Assembly: GCA_044359815.1 (NCBI GenBank)
Contig: JBIKLL010000012.1
Coordinates: forward strand, 1-50,401
Length of the DNA: 50,401 bases
Source: Pseudobdellovibrionaceae bacterium
GTDB taxonomy: Bacteria > Bdellovibrionota > Bdellovibrionia > Bdellovibrionales > Bdellovibrionaceae
Direction: 5' to 3'
The translations under genes and the position numbers were made by a program. The notes beneath the pieces were generated by a model. It was not told where the DNA came from and ran no database searches. It saw only the letters and a program-made list of their open reading frames with translations. Shown here in pieces: positions 27,550-39,211 of the stretch; positions within the stretch are counted from its first letter, which is position 1; the number at the start of each line of letters is the position of its first letter.

Positions 27550-29460
27550 ATGGGAAAAATCATTGGAATCGACTTAGGTACTACGAACTCAGTTGTCTCG
27601 ATCATGGAGGGCGGTGAGCCCAAGGTTTTAGTCAATGAAGAAGGCGCTCGCACAACACCATCTGTTGTGGCCTTTACAAAAGACGGTGAACGATTGGTGG
27701 GTCAGATCGCAAAACGACAAGCGGTCACAAATCCCGAAAACACGATTTATTCATCAAAACGATTTATCGGAAGACGTTTTTCAGAAATTTCAGAAGAAAT
27801 TAAATTAGTCCCTTACACTGTGGTTGAAAAGGGTAATGACTGTGCTTTTAAGGTGCAGGGTAAAACAGCTTCGCCCGAGGAAATTGGAGCCGCTGTTTTA
27901 GCAAAATTAAAAAAGGTTGCAGAAGATTATTTAGGCGAGCCTGTTACAGAGGCCGTTGTCACAGTGCCTGCGTATTTTAACGATTCACAAAGGCAAGCAA
28001 CAAAAGATGCCGGTCGTATCGCAGGATTGGAAATCAAACGAATCATCAACGAGCCAACGGCAGCGGCATTGGCCTATGGTTTGGACAAAAAGAAAGACGA
28101 AAAAATTGTTATCTATGACTTCGGTGGAGGTACGTTTGATATCTCTGTTTTGGAGGTTGGGGACAATGTCGTAGAGGTTAAATCCACCAATGGTGACACT
28201 CATTTGGGCGGAGATAATTTTGACGTTCGGATTTTGGAATGGTTGATAGCTGAATTCAAAAAAGACCAAGGCATTGATTTGAAAAACGACAAAATGGCGC
28301 TTCAAAGATTAAAAGAAGCTTCTGAAAAAGCCAAAATCGAATTATCAAGCTCGCAAGAAACTGAAATTAATTTGCCTTTCATCACTGCAGATCAAACGGG
28401 TCCTAAACATTTGCAGATCAAATTAAACCGTTCAAAGTTTGAACAAATGGTTGAGGATTTAATTAAGCGTTCCATCGAACCTTGCAAAAAAGCTTTGGCT
28501 GATGCGGGGATGAAAACTTCAGAAATCGATGAAGTTGTTTTGGTGGGTGGATCGACACGTATCCCAGCCATTCAAAAAGCTGTGAAAGAATTTTTCGGTA
28601 AAGAACCCAACAGGTCAGTGAATCCAGATGAAGTTGTTGCCATAGGCGCAGCCGTTCAAGGTGGCGTGTTAGCCGGTGATGTGAAGGATGTCTTGTTACT
28701 GGATGTGACTCCACTGTCATTGGGTATTGAAACTCTGGGTGGTGTTATGACCGTATTGATCGAAAGAAACACAACAGTTCCTGTTAAAAAATCTCAGGTG
28801 TTTTCAACAGCGGCCGATAATCAACCGGCAGTGGACATTCATGTGCTTCAGGGTGAACGTAAAATGTCTACAGACAATAAAACGCTGGGAAGATTTGAAC
28901 TGGTAGGAATCCCGCCAGCTCCGCGAGGCGTGCCACAGGTTGAAGTGACTTTTGATATTGATGCTAACGGGATCTTGAGTGTGTCAGCAAAAGACATGAG
29001 CTCAGGTAAGTCTCAGCAAATCAAAATCACGGCACAGAGTGGATTGTCAGAGGACGAAATCAAAAAAGCCGTCAGAGATGCTGAAGAGCATTCAAAGGAC
29101 GATGAAATCCGCACTAAATCTGCGGCTGCCAGAAATAATTTAGACAATATGGTTTATCAGACAGAAAAGCTGCTGACCGAAAACAAAACTATTTCTGAAA
29201 CTGACAGAAAACCAGTCGAGGAAGAAATCCAGGCTGCTAAAAAGGTGCTTGAAAACAAAGCTGCCGAATTGGCTGATCTGGAAAGCGCTTTGCAAAAAAT
29301 CACAGCGGCTTCGCACAAACTGACATCTGAGTTGTACAAAAAAACCGGAGCTCAACCGGGTGCAGCTGGGGATGCGGGGTCAGCAAACGCTGGTGGCCAG
29401 GCTGAGGGTGATAAAAAAGACGACGGTGTCATCGACGCTGACTACAAAGACGTAAATTAA
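27550..29460 (+). CDS. dnaK: Chaperone DnaK
   Basis: [25 protein letters not shown]. Confidence 0.99.
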   Translation: MGKIIGIDLGTTNSVVSIMEGGEPKVLVNEEGARTTPSVVAFTKDGERLVGQIAKRQAVTNPENTIYSSKRFIGRRFSEISEEIKLVPYTVVEKGNDCAFKVQGKTASPEEIGAAVLAKLKKVAEDYLGEPVTEAVVTVPAYFNDSQRQATKDAGRIAGLEIKRIINEPTAAALAYGLDKKKDEKIVIYDFGGGTFDISVLEVGDNVVEVKSTNGDTHLGGDNFDVRILEWLIAEFKKDQGIDLKNDKMALQRLKEASEKAKIELSSSQETEINLPFITADQTGPKHLQIKLNRSKFEQMVEDLIKRSIEPCKKALADAGMKTSEIDEVVLVGGSTRIPAIQKAVKEFFGKEPNRSVNPDEVVAIGAAVQGGVLAGDVKDVLLLDVTPLSLGIETLGGVMTVLIERNTTVPVKKSQVFSTAADNQPAVDIHVLQGERKMSTDNKTLGRFELVGIPPAPRGVPQVEVTFDIDANGILSVSAKDMSSGKSQQIKITAQSGLSEDEIKKAVRDAEEHSKDDEIRTKSAAARNNLDNMVYQTEKLLTENKTISETDRKPVEEEIQAAKKVLENKAAELADLESALQKITAASHKLTSELYKKTGAQPGAAGDAGSANAGGQAEGDKKDDGVIDADYKDVN

Positions 29461-29467
29461 TCTCAAG

Positions 29468-29504
29468 AACTGGGCGAGCAATAAAAGCTTGCCCAGTTTG
29501 TTTT
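29468..29504 (+). terminator. Rho-independent terminator of dnaK
   Basis: AACTGGGCGAGC/GCTTGCCCAGTT stem followed by TGTTTT. Confidence 0.8.
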
Positions 29505-29592
29505 CAAAGTCCTTGAAACTCGAATAAAAATCCCAATTTTCAATATTTAGAAATTAGAGCCCTAACTCCATTTAAGTTGCTGACCCAGATAA

Positions 29593-31488
29593 ATGTTGGA
29601 TATGCTTTCAAGATACAGAGTATTTTGGAGGTGGGTTTTGGATTCGGTTTGGTCAGAAATTTCTAAAAACATCCATTGGTTTCAACCATGGAAAACACTT
29701 AAAAAAGTATCTTACAAAAAGCCCGTTTCGATCGCTTGGTATCTGGATGGCAAAACCAACGTCAGCTACAACTGCATCGACAGACATTTGCAAAAGCGTT
29801 CCAATCAAACTGCAATTTTATGGGAAGCTGATGATCCCAAAGAGCCCAGCAGAAAAATCTCGTATGCAGAATTATCCGTTCAGGTAAATAAGCTTTCACA
29901 AGTTTTAAAAAACATGGGTGTTAAAAAGGGTGACCGGGTCACGATTTATATGCCCATGGTTCCCGAAGCGGCCTTTGCAATGCTGGCTTGTGCGCGCATT
30001 GGAGCAATCCATTCTGTAATTTTTGGTGGATTTTCGGCAGACAGCATAGCCAATCGGATTGAAGACTGTGATTCCCAGTTTGTGATCACGGCCGATGAGG
30101 GATTGCGTGGTGGTAAAAAAATCCCTCTGAAACAAAATGTTGATGAAGCCATTGCAAAATTAAAAAATCCTCAACTCATCAAACATGTCTTGGTTTTAAA
30201 GCGCACCGGTGGAAATGTTCAGATTCAAAATGGCAGAGATCTGTGGTGGCATCAAGAAATTGAAGGGGTCAATGCGGATTTCCCTCCAGAAATTATGGAT
30301 TCAGAAGATCCCTTATTTATTTTGTACACTAGTGGTTCGACCGGAAAGCCCAAAGGGGTTTTGCACACGACAGCAGGCTATCTGGCCTATGCTACGCACA
30401 CTTTCAAACACGTATTTCAATATCAGGAAAACGAAATTTATTGGTGCACGGCCGATGTGGGTTGGGTCACTGGTCACAGTTATATTGTGTATGGTCCCTT
30501 ATCCAACGGTGCCACAACACTAATGTTTGAAGGAGTTCCCAATTATCCTAATGCTTCCAGATTTTGGCAGGTCATTGATAAACATCAGGTTAATGTGTTT
30601 TACACGGCACCAACGGCTATCAGGGCTTTGATGCGTGAAGGTGATGGGTTTGTTAAAAGCTCAAACAGAACTTCGCTCAGATTATTGGGATCAGTGGGCG
30701 AGCCCATCAACCCCGAAGCCTGGAACTGGTATCACGAAATCGTCGGTGAAAATCGCTGTCCGATTGTGGATACATGGTGGCAAACGGAAACCGGTGGGAT
30801 TTTGATTTCGCCAACAGCAACCACCGCTAATTTAAAACCGGGATCTGCCATGAAACCTTTGCCAGGAATTGTTCCGGCAGTGGTTGATGAAAAAGGAAAA
30901 GAGCTTTTAGGAGCCTGTGAAGGGATTTTGGTTTTAAAAGATTCTTGGCCAGGCCAGATGCGCACGGTTTACCGAGATCACAAAAGATTTGAAGAAACTT
31001 ATTTTAGCACTTTTGATGGAATGTATTTTACAGGCGATGGGTGCAAGAGGGACGTAGATGGTGATTATTGGATCACGGGCAGAATAGATGATGTGCTAAA
31101 TGTTTCAGGCCACAGAATAGGTACGGCAGAGGTCGAAAGTGCTTTGGTCGGACACGCAGGGGTGACCGAAGCTGCTGTGGTCGGGTATCCCCATGATATC
31201 AAAGGTCAGGGGATTTACGCCTTTGTGACTTTAAAATCTGGATTGGTGGGTAACAATGATTTGATCAAAGAACTCACCCACCATGTCAGTAAGGTCATAG
31301 GACCCATTGCAAAACCAGATTTAATTCAATGGGCTCCGGGGCTTCCAAAAACCAGATCTGGTAAAATTATGCGCAGGATTCTTAGGAAAATTGCTGAAAA
31401 TTCCTTGGATAATTTAGGGGATACCACTACCCTTGCTGATCCATCTGTAGTACAAAACCTTATAGATAACAGAATCAACAAGGGGTAA
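29593..31488 (+). CDS. acs: Acetyl-CoA synthetase
   Basis: [32 protein letters not shown]. The start may be TTG 29638 after GGAGG. Confidence 0.97.
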   Translation: MLDMLSRYRVFWRWVLDSVWSEISKNIHWFQPWKTLKKVSYKKPVSIAWYLDGKTNVSYNCIDRHLQKRSNQTAILWEADDPKEPSRKISYAELSVQVNKLSQVLKNMGVKKGDRVTIYMPMVPEAAFAMLACARIGAIHSVIFGGFSADSIANRIEDCDSQFVITADEGLRGGKKIPLKQNVDEAIAKLKNPQLIKHVLVLKRTGGNVQIQNGRDLWWHQEIEGVNADFPPEIMDSEDPLFILYTSGSTGKPKGVLHTTAGYLAYATHTFKHVFQYQENEIYWCTADVGWVTGHSYIVYGPLSNGATTLMFEGVPNYPNASRFWQVIDKHQVNVFYTAPTAIRALMREGDGFVKSSNRTSLRLLGSVGEPINPEAWNWYHEIVGENRCPIVDTWWQTETGGILISPTATTANLKPGSAMKPLPGIVPAVVDEKGKELLGACEGILVLKDSWPGQMRTVYRDHKRFEETYFSTFDGMYFTGDGCKRDVDGDYWITGRIDDVLNVSGHRIGTAEVESALVGHAGVTEAAVVGYPHDIKGQGIYAFVTLKSGLVGNNDLIKELTHHVSKVIGPIAKPDLIQWAPGLPKTRSGKIMRRILRKIAENSLDNLGDTTTLADPSVVQNLIDNRINKG

Positions 31489-31494
31489 AAACCG

Positions 31495-32043
31495 ATGCAA
31501 AAATTTATCGCTCAAATTTTTAGCAAGATTGGAATTGAAAACTTAACTCTATTAACAGTTTTGGTTCCCGCCGGAGTTTTTTCAAGACTGATTCCCCATT
31601 ATCCCAATGTCACGGCTTTGGTGGGAATTTCGATTGTATCTGGTCAATTGGCTAAAAATAAATTTTTGAAATTTTTTATTCCAGTTATTGCCATGATGTT
31701 TTCTGATCTTATTTTTGGCTCTCATCCCACTATGTTTTGGGTTTATGGATCCCTAGTCGCGGTGGCTGCTTACAGTGCCGTAGCGGGAAAAAGAGGAGTC
31801 GTTGGGATCCCTTTGACAGCTGCTGTTTCCAGCTTGTTGTTTTTTGCAGTTTCTAATTTTGGTGTTTGGATTTCAGGTGGATTGTATCCGCTAACATTAG
31901 AGGGTCTAACTCAATGTTTTTTATTGGCAGTTCCCTTTTTAACACCACAAATTATGGGTGATTTGGCTTACACCGTTTTTTTAATGGTGTTTTCTGAAAA
32001 GGTCTTAAATGCTACGGCTTCTGTGGAAGCTGTGAAAGCCTAA
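31495..32043 (+). CDS. DUF6580/BtuM-like membrane transport protein (ECF S-component-like)
   Basis: RLIPHYPN, SDLIFG, SNFGVW, YPLT..GL..C...AVPF pattern; about 6 TM. Confidence 0.7.
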   Translation: MQKFIAQIFSKIGIENLTLLTVLVPAGVFSRLIPHYPNVTALVGISIVSGQLAKNKFLKFFIPVIAMMFSDLIFGSHPTMFWVYGSLVAVAAYSAVAGKRGVVGIPLTAAVSSLLFFAVSNFGVWISGGLYPLTLEGLTQCFLLAVPFLTPQIMGDLAYTVFLMVFSEKVLNATASVEAVKA

Positions 32044-32157
32044 ATTTTACCCAATAGAAATTTTAGATACGTTCAATAAAATTATTTGTTTATTAAATAA
32101 TTGCTCCGAAAAAAAATATCCCCTAGCTTTAACCCACAATTTGAGGGGGAGGGGAAA

Positions 32158-33996
32158 ATGCAAAAGTATTTTATTTTTGTATCGCTATTGGTATTGGGTA
32201 CTGGATGTGGTTTTACGGCCAAGGATTTAACGCCGACTGAAAAACGTATCGATGTCGAATGGATATTTGGGGTGTTTGAAAGAAACTACGCCCCCGCCCA
32301 AATGAAGGCACAAAAACACGGGATCACGCTTGAGCAAGCCAAACAAAATTGTTTGCAATGGGTTGAGTCCGTCAACGGTGATCAGTTTTATGCAACTTTA
32401 CAAAAATGCACAGCCCAGTTTAAAGATGCTCACACCCGAATGATGGCTGTGGCTCAGGTTTTACCTGAATTTACATTTGTGCACTATCTGGGATTCACCA
32501 CTGATTTGGTAAAATTAAAAATTCCTCAGGGGGGAAAAGAGCCAAGTGCTTCCGAAATATTAATTCGGGTCAGTTCGTTGTTGCCCTCGGTTGATCCCAA
32601 TGGGTTTCCGATTCAGAAAAATGATTTGATTGTCGAAATTAATGGTCAGTCTGCCAGGGATTATTTGATGACAGAATTATCTGATCAAGTGAATTTGGGC
32701 CATGAGCCCGCGACCTTGGTGGCTGCAGCTCAGCAGTTTCCCCTAAGAGTCGGCTACACCTTGGATGCGCCCACAGGCAGTGATTTAACAATGACGGTTT
32801 ACAGAGCCGGAGTGAAGTCCCAGGTCGTATTGCCTTGGATTAAAAAGGACTTGGTGGCTTTTACCAAAGAACAAGACGATGCCCGTAAAGCCAAGGAAAA
32901 ACCCAAAGCCGTTGTGACTGATGAAAAAGCCAATACTCCAGAGCCTTGGAACAGACATGATTTTGGATACTGGGTGGGTGGCGAATTTATAGAACAAATT
33001 CAGCAGATCATGGATACTTATCGAAAATCTCCGGGAACTCGGGCAAATATTTTGCTGAACACTTCATTTAAAGTGTTTGCACAAAATGATGCCATAGCCT
33101 TGGTGAATTCTTTTACCAAAGCAGATGCTGCTGAAGCCAAACTGAGCGATCCAACGCCCTTTGATGCCACAGCAAAGCTTCTTAAAATGGCTGTTGTTGA
33201 TATGTCGCAAGCACCTTTCGTAGCCAGATTGGTGGTTCGTGAAGATAACAAAAAAATCGGTTATGTCAGTCTTCCGACTTTCAATATTGACGATGCAAAA
33301 ACTGAAACCTTTCGTAAAATCATAGCAAAATTTAATTCCCTAAAAGTCGATCAAGTCATCGTGGATATGCTGAACAACGGCGGCGGCAGTATCACCCATG
33401 GGATGAAGATTGTTAACATGTTGGCCGAGAAAAAGATCCAATACCCCTCTGTGCAGTTTGCCCTGAATGATAATTGGATCAATGCCTTTAAGGGTGACTA
33501 CTATGCAGGATCCAATGATTCCGCCCGCGAACTTGCTGGCAGAGTTTACCGAGCTATGAAGGAAGATCTTACTATGGGTAAAAAATTGTCCAGAAATTTT
33601 TCGTTGGCAGAGCTGGATGTGTTTCCACTGACTGCAGATAAAAATGAATGCGTATCTCGGGAAGCCTGTTTGTCTGCAAAAATCAAATTAGTGGTTTTGA
33701 TCAACGAAATGTGTGCATCAACCTGTGATTTGGTGGCTTCTGCGGTCAAAGACAATCAGTTGGGTGTGTTGATGGGCTCACAAAGTATGGGAGCCGGAGG
33801 CAACGTGGTTCCCCATATGATGACTCCCATTTCGAGAATGATCATGACACAAACTGAATCTTTGGCTGTTGATCTGAAGGGTAATTATTTGGAAAACAAT
33901 GGAGTGTTGCCAGATGTGTCTGTCGATACCATCGAAGACATCATGTTGAATTACCAAAACACTTACAAGCAGTCGCTGACAACAGCCTTGCAGTGA
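32158..33996 (+). CDS. S41-family peptidase lipoprotein with a PDZ-like insert (CPAF-like)
   Basis: LGTGC lipobox; NYAP, FKDAH, DMLNNGGG, LINE.CASTCD, MGAGG, ENNGVLPD. Confidence 0.82.
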   Translation: MQKYFIFVSLLVLGTGCGFTAKDLTPTEKRIDVEWIFGVFERNYAPAQMKAQKHGITLEQAKQNCLQWVESVNGDQFYATLQKCTAQFKDAHTRMMAVAQVLPEFTFVHYLGFTTDLVKLKIPQGGKEPSASEILIRVSSLLPSVDPNGFPIQKNDLIVEINGQSARDYLMTELSDQVNLGHEPATLVAAAQQFPLRVGYTLDAPTGSDLTMTVYRAGVKSQVVLPWIKKDLVAFTKEQDDARKAKEKPKAVVTDEKANTPEPWNRHDFGYWVGGEFIEQIQQIMDTYRKSPGTRANILLNTSFKVFAQNDAIALVNSFTKADAAEAKLSDPTPFDATAKLLKMAVVDMSQAPFVARLVVREDNKKIGYVSLPTFNIDDAKTETFRKIIAKFNSLKVDQVIVDMLNNGGGSITHGMKIVNMLAEKKIQYPSVQFALNDNWINAFKGDYYAGSNDSARELAGRVYRAMKEDLTMGKKLSRNFSLAELDVFPLTADKNECVSREACLSAKIKLVVLINEMCASTCDLVASAVKDNQLGVLMGSQSMGAGGNVVPHMMTPISRMIMTQTESLAVDLKGNYLENNGVLPDVSVDTIEDIMLNYQNTYKQSLTTALQ

Positions 33997-34476
33997 TTAG
34001 TTTTTCAGTTTCATCTTTTTAACAGTTGAAACCAAAGATTTTGAATACTGCGCTAGTTTATTAAAAAGCTTTTGATTATGGGTGGCCAAAATTCTGGCCG
34101 CCAACAACCCAGCATTATACGAATTGTCCACGGCCACTGTAGCAACAGGAATGCCCTTGGGCATTTGGGCAATGCTTAGCAATGAATCCAGTCCATCCAT
34201 TGATTTAGTTTTTACGGGCACTCCAATGACTGGTAACACTGTCATTGATGCCACCATACCTGGTAAATGTGCAGCTCCACCGGCACCAGCGATGATCACA
34301 GAAAAATTTTCGTGAGCCTTGGTGGCAAATTCGTACATAAGTTTTGGTGTTCTGTGTGCTGAAACAATTTTTTTCTGAAAGGGTATGTTAAATTTTTTTA
34401 AAACTTCACAACTGTCTTTCATTGAGGGCCAGTCAGAAGCGCTTCCCATAATCACCGCAACTTTAAATGGTTTCAT
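33997..34476 (-). CDS. purE: N5-CAIR mutase
   Basis: IMGSASD, SAHRTP, AGAGGAAHLPG. Confidence 0.98.
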   Translation of the reverse strand: MKPFKVAVIMGSASDWPSMKDSCEVLKKFNIPFQKKIVSAHRTPKLMYEFATKAHENFSVIIAGAGGAAHLPGMVASMTVLPVIGVPVKTKSMDGLDSLLSIAQMPKGIPVATVAVDNSYNAGLLAARILATHNQKLFNKLAQYSKSLVSTVKKMKLKN

Positions 34477-35597
34477 AATTTAAAAAACTTTCTTTGTTTG
34501 ATGGCTTTAGATTTTAAAACGGCAGGGCTGTCAGTGTCCACCCAGTTTATATGCCCCATTTTGCGGCCCAATTGGCTTAAATCCTTGCCGTACAGATGCA
34601 ATGATCCCTGATAGTCCGCAGGAATGGACACGTGTGCTGACTGAGTTCCCAGCAGATTTGCCATGCAGAAATTTTTTGCAATCAATTTAATTTTTGGAAG
34701 CTTCATTCCGGCGCAGGCTCTGACGTGCAATTCAAATTGCGAATTTTGGCAGGCATCCTGAGTGTAGTGGCCAGTATTGTGGACTCTGGGTGCTAATTCA
34801 TTCACAACCAGCTTGCCATTGATTAAAAACATTTCCACACCCAAACAACCCACGTAATTGATAGATTTTAACATTTTAAAAATCACAGCCGACAGTTTTT
34901 TAAAATCTTTATGATGTTGGGGGCCAATCACAATCGAACATTTGCTGTCTTGTTGAATGGTTTCGACCAGCGGAAAATGATCGGCATTTCCCCATCGATC
35001 GCGGACAAACACAGTGGCCAATTCTTTGGATAATTTTGCTTTTGGCTCGGCAATAAACACATGATCTGCATTTAATAATTCCTGCAGTTTTCGCAAATCA
35101 TCTTTGCGGTCAGAATAATAGGTTCCGTAGCCGTCATAACCGCCAAATGATTTTTTAATCACAAAGGGACCTTTAAAAATTTCAAAGGCCTTGGATAAAT
35201 CAGATGGGGATTTGATTTCAATAAAATCCAAGGTGGGGATTTTAAATTTTTGCAGTAATTTTTTTTGAGAATGTCTGAACTGAATGGTGTTTAAAACATC
35301 AATTGATGGAAATATTTTGGATTTGTAGGCCTCTGGCAATTGATCCAAGTCATTAGCATCAACGAATTCTGACTCAAAGGTCACGGCATCACAGCTTTCA
35401 AACAAAGATTCTAACTCATAATGAATCTTTGGAGTCACTTGGGCTGCGGGATCGTTAGCGGTTTTGACTAAAACATGAGGCTCCAGTCCCAACTGGTGGC
35501 AACTGAGGGCCATCATCCGCGCCAATTGCCCCGAACCCAGAAAGCCGAGTGTGAAACCTTGAGGAATGAATGAATTCAATTTACTTGTTTTGGACAT
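34473..35597 (-). CDS. purK: N5-CAIR synthetase
   Basis: GSGQLARM, GYDGYG, NELAPRVHNTGH, RKMGH. Confidence 0.96.
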   Translation of the reverse strand: MSKTSKLNSFIPQGFTLGFLGSGQLARMMALSCHQLGLEPHVLVKTANDPAAQVTPKIHYELESLFESCDAVTFESEFVDANDLDQLPEAYKSKIFPSIDVLNTIQFRHSQKKLLQKFKIPTLDFIEIKSPSDLSKAFEIFKGPFVIKKSFGGYDGYGTYYSDRKDDLRKLQELLNADHVFIAEPKAKLSKELATVFVRDRWGNADHFPLVETIQQDSKCSIVIGPQHHKDFKKLSAVIFKMLKSINYVGCLGVEMFLINGKLVVNELAPRVHNTGHYTQDACQNSQFELHVRACAGMKLPKIKLIAKNFCMANLLGTQSAHVSIPADYQGSLHLYGKDLSQLGRKMGHINWVDTDSPAVLKSKAIKQRKFFKL

Positions 35598-35618
35598 TTT
35601 GCCTATAACCTATGCTGC

Positions 35619-36680
35619 ATGTATTCTCAAATCAAGCAAAGACCCATATTGCAAGGCAAGGTTAATTTTCCGCTGTGTTTAGCACCGATGGTGGGACTCA
35701 GTCACATGCCGCTTCGACTGGTGATTCGAGATTATTTGCCACAAGGGGCTTTTACGATTTGGCCCACAGAAATGCTTAATTCACGAAAACTTCCGCACGA
35801 GGATTTGTCTAAAACTCCTGAAACTTTAAAATTGTTTTCAGAAGACGGAATGGTCCCGCAGATTTTAGGCAACGAGGAAAAATTTATTTCTGAAAGCGTG
35901 ATGGTTTTGCAGGACTGGGGTGCTGAAGGCATCGACATCAATATGGGGTGTCCAGTGACAAAAGCCCTCAGACACAATTACGGAGTGGCACTGATGGGTG
36001 ATGCTGACTATGCAAAAGCAGTCGTCGCCATGACAAAAAAATCCAGTCAAATACCTGTGTCAGTAAAACTGCGCGCAGCTGAACAAAATGATTTTGAATA
36101 TTTGCTTAAATTTGTAAAGGGTCTTCAAGATTCTGGGGCTGATTGGGTCACCTTACACCCCAGAACCGCTCAGCAAAAACGCAGGGGACGGGCCGACTGG
36201 CAGCAGATTAAAATGCTCAGAGAGTCTGTATCAATACCTGTTATTGGCAATGGCGATATCCAATGTGCTGACGACGTTTTCAGAATGTTAAATGAAACAG
36301 GCGCAGATTTAGTAATGGCTGGCAGAGCCTTGGCTGCAAAACCTTGGATTATGTGGCAGGTGGGTGAACGGTTGGGCTGCGACAGACCCCGAGGTGTTTT
36401 GGATTCTGGTATTTGCCCCAGCAGCCCTGCTGAAGAGGGCGCTGAATACGGAAAATGCCTTAAAAAATTATTTCGGATTTCGCTAGAATGTTTTGGCGAA
36501 GCCCTGGCAATTCGCAAATTTCGATTTCATGTGCGGATGACCATGGGGTGGCTGCAATTTGGACAAACTTTGTTTTCGGGTGTGAATCAGGCCAAAACCG
36601 CTCATGAAATTTTAATTTTTTTGGAACAATTTTTTGATTCTGAACAAATGATGTCATCCACCACTGAGCTTCGGGATTAG
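35619..36680 (+). CDS. tRNA-dihydrouridine synthase (Dus family)
   Basis: LAPMVG, DINMGCP, VSVKLR, HPRT, IGNGDI. Confidence 0.92.
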   Translation: MYSQIKQRPILQGKVNFPLCLAPMVGLSHMPLRLVIRDYLPQGAFTIWPTEMLNSRKLPHEDLSKTPETLKLFSEDGMVPQILGNEEKFISESVMVLQDWGAEGIDINMGCPVTKALRHNYGVALMGDADYAKAVVAMTKKSSQIPVSVKLRAAEQNDFEYLLKFVKGLQDSGADWVTLHPRTAQQKRRGRADWQQIKMLRESVSIPVIGNGDIQCADDVFRMLNETGADLVMAGRALAAKPWIMWQVGERLGCDRPRGVLDSGICPSSPAEEGAEYGKCLKKLFRISLECFGEALAIRKFRFHVRMTMGWLQFGQTLFSGVNQAKTAHEILIFLEQFFDSEQMMSSTTELRD

Positions 36681-36684
36681 CAAA

Positions 36685-37173
36685 TCAGTTTTTAAATCTG
36701 CTGCCAAAATTGTGCACGCAAATACAGTCCAGGCTTTTTTGTTTTTCCGACCTAAATCCTCGCGGATGTTTGGTGTAAACTAACTTGGCCGTGCCTTGCC
36801 ATTGAGAGCATTCGGTTTCATCATACAATACGTATTCATCACCGTTGACCAAGTTGATGCGAAACAATTCGTTTTCAGTATCAAAAAAGATTCCATCTGA
36901 TTTGGTATTGATTTTAGTTTCACCGATTTGAAATAAGATAACTTCCCGTCCGCCCTCAAGTCTTGAATTATTATCAGTCTTGATTGTGGCTTGGGCAATT
37001 GACAGGCTTTTTTTATTAAAGGCTTCGTCATGATTGTTACCGCACAGGTAAACAGTTTGGTCAAATCGAGCAAAGGCATTTATAGGTGCTTGGATAAAAG
37101 CCCAAGCGCAAAACAAGAAAGCAATTTGAGCCAAAGATCCGCAGATATTTCTGAATTGATTTGATAAAAGCAT
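36685..37173 (-). CDS. Hypothetical exported protein
   Basis: GGGGG Shine-Dalgarno-like sequence upstream and a hydrophobic N-terminus; no family recognised. Confidence 0.55.
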   Translation of the reverse strand: MLLSNQFRNICGSLAQIAFLFCAWAFIQAPINAFARFDQTVYLCGNNHDEAFNKKSLSIAQATIKTDNNSRLEGGREVILFQIGETKINTKSDGIFFDTENELFRINLVNGDEYVLYDETECSQWQGTAKLVYTKHPRGFRSEKQKSLDCICVHNFGSRFKN

Positions 37174-37368
37174 TTTTAATCCCCCCTGTTAAAATTGTGT
37201 TTAAAGGCATAGTTAAATTTGCAGCCAAAAACAATGTTTAAATCCCCCAAATCTCTGAACTGTCAGGCCGTATTTAATGAAGTCTTTACCTGGTTTTAGC
37301 TGGGGGATTGCGAAATTGGTGCGGCGCACTATATACAATTGGAATCAAGAAATAACAAAGAGGTTTGA

Positions 37369-37890
37369 ATGAAATCAGTTTTAGGTTTTGCTGTTGTTTT
37401 GTTGCTGGGCCTCGCGGTTCAGGCGGCCAATTATGATTCGAATGAAGGAATTATCGAAGAAGTTAAAGGCAAATCCGGACTGATTTTAAACAAAGAAAAA
37501 CTGGCTGAACTGATTCAAACCAGACTCAGATTTTCAAAAAGTCCCCCACAAAACGTCAGTGTTAAAGTCATCGGGTTAGCTAAAAAACTTAACTCTGATT
37601 CCAGTGATCCTAAACGCAAAGGTGTTAGAACCTTCACTTTGACATTGTCGATTTCGAAATATCTGGGAAATCCGCATTTGTTCGAATGCACTTTTATAGT
37701 GAGGCATGGAATTTATGGCTATGCAGACGCAGAGGACTTTTCAATGAATGATTGTGTTTCTGACACTGCAAAATCTGATAGTTTAGTTTTTGTAAATCTG
37801 CCTTTTGCAGTCATAGCTGACGATGGCACGGAGCACCTGCCATATTCAGTCATATTAGATGATCGTACAGAGCACCTGGAATCATTTTAA
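37369..37890 (+). CDS. Hypothetical secreted protein
   Basis: GAGG Shine-Dalgarno and signal peptide ending VQA. Confidence 0.7.
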   Translation: MKSVLGFAVVLLLGLAVQAANYDSNEGIIEEVKGKSGLILNKEKLAELIQTRLRFSKSPPQNVSVKVIGLAKKLNSDSSDPKRKGVRTFTLTLSISKYLGNPHLFECTFIVRHGIYGYADAEDFSMNDCVSDTAKSDSLVFVNLPFAVIADDGTEHLPYSVILDDRTEHLESF

Positions 37891-37923
37891 TTTTAGCAAC
37901 ATTAAATCAGGGACAGACTTGAT

Positions 37924-38175
37924 TTATTTAAGTAGCGATTCCAGCTTACCGTCTTCTTCAAGGGCTTTCATGTCCTGATAGCCCCCAATGCATTGATCGT
38001 TAATGATGATTATGGGAAACGTCGACCATCCCCATTTTTGTTTCATCTTAATCATTTCGTCAGGGTGGTCGGTCAGATCAATTTCTTGAAATTCTAAACC
38101 CCTGTTTTCCAAAAAACGTTTAGCACTCACACAGTAAGGGCAGGGGACTTTAGAATAAACAATAATTTTGGCCAT
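37924..38175 (-). CDS. grxC: Glutaredoxin
   Basis: CPYC active site, TFP, IGGY. Confidence 0.9.
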   Translation of the reverse strand: MAKIIVYSKVPCPYCVSAKRFLENRGLEFQEIDLTDHPDEMIKMKQKWGWSTFPIIIINDQCIGGYQDMKALEEDGKLESLLK

Positions 38176-38196
38176 GGATTCTGTTTACTTGAAAAA

Positions 38197-39045
38197 TTAT
38201 AATGTAGAAAGCTTTTTTATAACTTCAGCAATGTCTGTGATGTCTTCGCCACGGCAGGCATACTCAGGGCACTTTTTGCTGACTCGGCAGTTGCCCTCCC
38301 AGACAAAATCAGTTTCACCGCGCACAAGGATCCCCTGAACCTCGCCTGTCAGGACATTTAAAACTGCTGATCCAGAATTGCCACCATAGGTATCAGTGTT
38401 GGCGTTAAAAAATCCGGTATTGGAATTTCTGATAAAGGCACCGGCCGAAATTTTGGTTGGTAATCCTGATGGGTGCCCAATAACAACCAGTTCAGTTGAT
38501 GTTCCGGGAAGCTCAGATGCTAATTTTAAGGGTGTGCGAGTCGTTTCACGGTCCAGCGAAACAATGGCGTAGTCTGCACCAAAATTATCTTGATCGCGGT
38601 GCAAAACTGTTTTGCATCGATAAATATCTTCTGCATTAAATGACGTTGTGGTTTCTACAGAATTTTGTTTGTTAAAACCAAATACAAAGGCGACCTTTTC
38701 ACAGGCTGACTGACTGGTGATGCAATGACCGGCAGTGACCATTGTGTTGGGACCGATTAAAAATCCAGAACACCAAGGGCCAGATAACTGATCATAAAAT
38801 CTTTCAGAGGGACACAGATTCATCCGCTTTGAGTAGTTTTGAGTTTTTAAAATAAATTTGCCATTTGATTCTGTCAGATCGCGGTAATCCACTAGTCCAA
38901 CTGTCGAGTCCGCCAACGTTTGCATATTTTTTGTTGATTCATAGTAATCTAATCGATTGTCTTCTCCGTAGATAACCTTTGATTGATAGTTTGCATTAAC
39001 CGACTGAGATAAAAGCATCAGTCCTAGCAGTGTAGTTTTGTGCAT
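38197..39045 (-). CDS. Secreted trypsin-like (S1) serine protease
   Basis: VIYGEDNR, TAGHC, DYAI, GNSGS. Confidence 0.92.
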   Translation of the reverse strand: MHKTTLLGLMLLSQSVNANYQSKVIYGEDNRLDYYESTKNMQTLADSTVGLVDYRDLTESNGKFILKTQNYSKRMNLCPSERFYDQLSGPWCSGFLIGPNTMVTAGHCITSQSACEKVAFVFGFNKQNSVETTTSFNAEDIYRCKTVLHRDQDNFGADYAIVSLDRETTRTPLKLASELPGTSTELVVIGHPSGLPTKISAGAFIRNSNTGFFNANTDTYGGNSGSAVLNVLTGEVQGILVRGETDFVWEGNCRVSKKCPEYACRGEDITDIAEVIKKLSTL

Positions 39046-39211
39046 TAAAATGTTCCCCCATCTAAAAAGAATTCTATAGATTTAGTGCTTTGAAAAGCAG
39101 CTGCTTAAAATCCAGCCATAGGTCTGAAGCAGTTAAGTCTGTGATTTACTTTAGAAACAGTTGAAAGATTGAGGATCCCACAACATAATGCCCCCTTTAA
39201 AGAGGTGATGT

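Noticed and set aside
29593..29700. acs pseudogene, suspected from its short N-terminus
   Set aside because: All catalytic motifs are intact in one frame; only the variable N-terminal segment is short.
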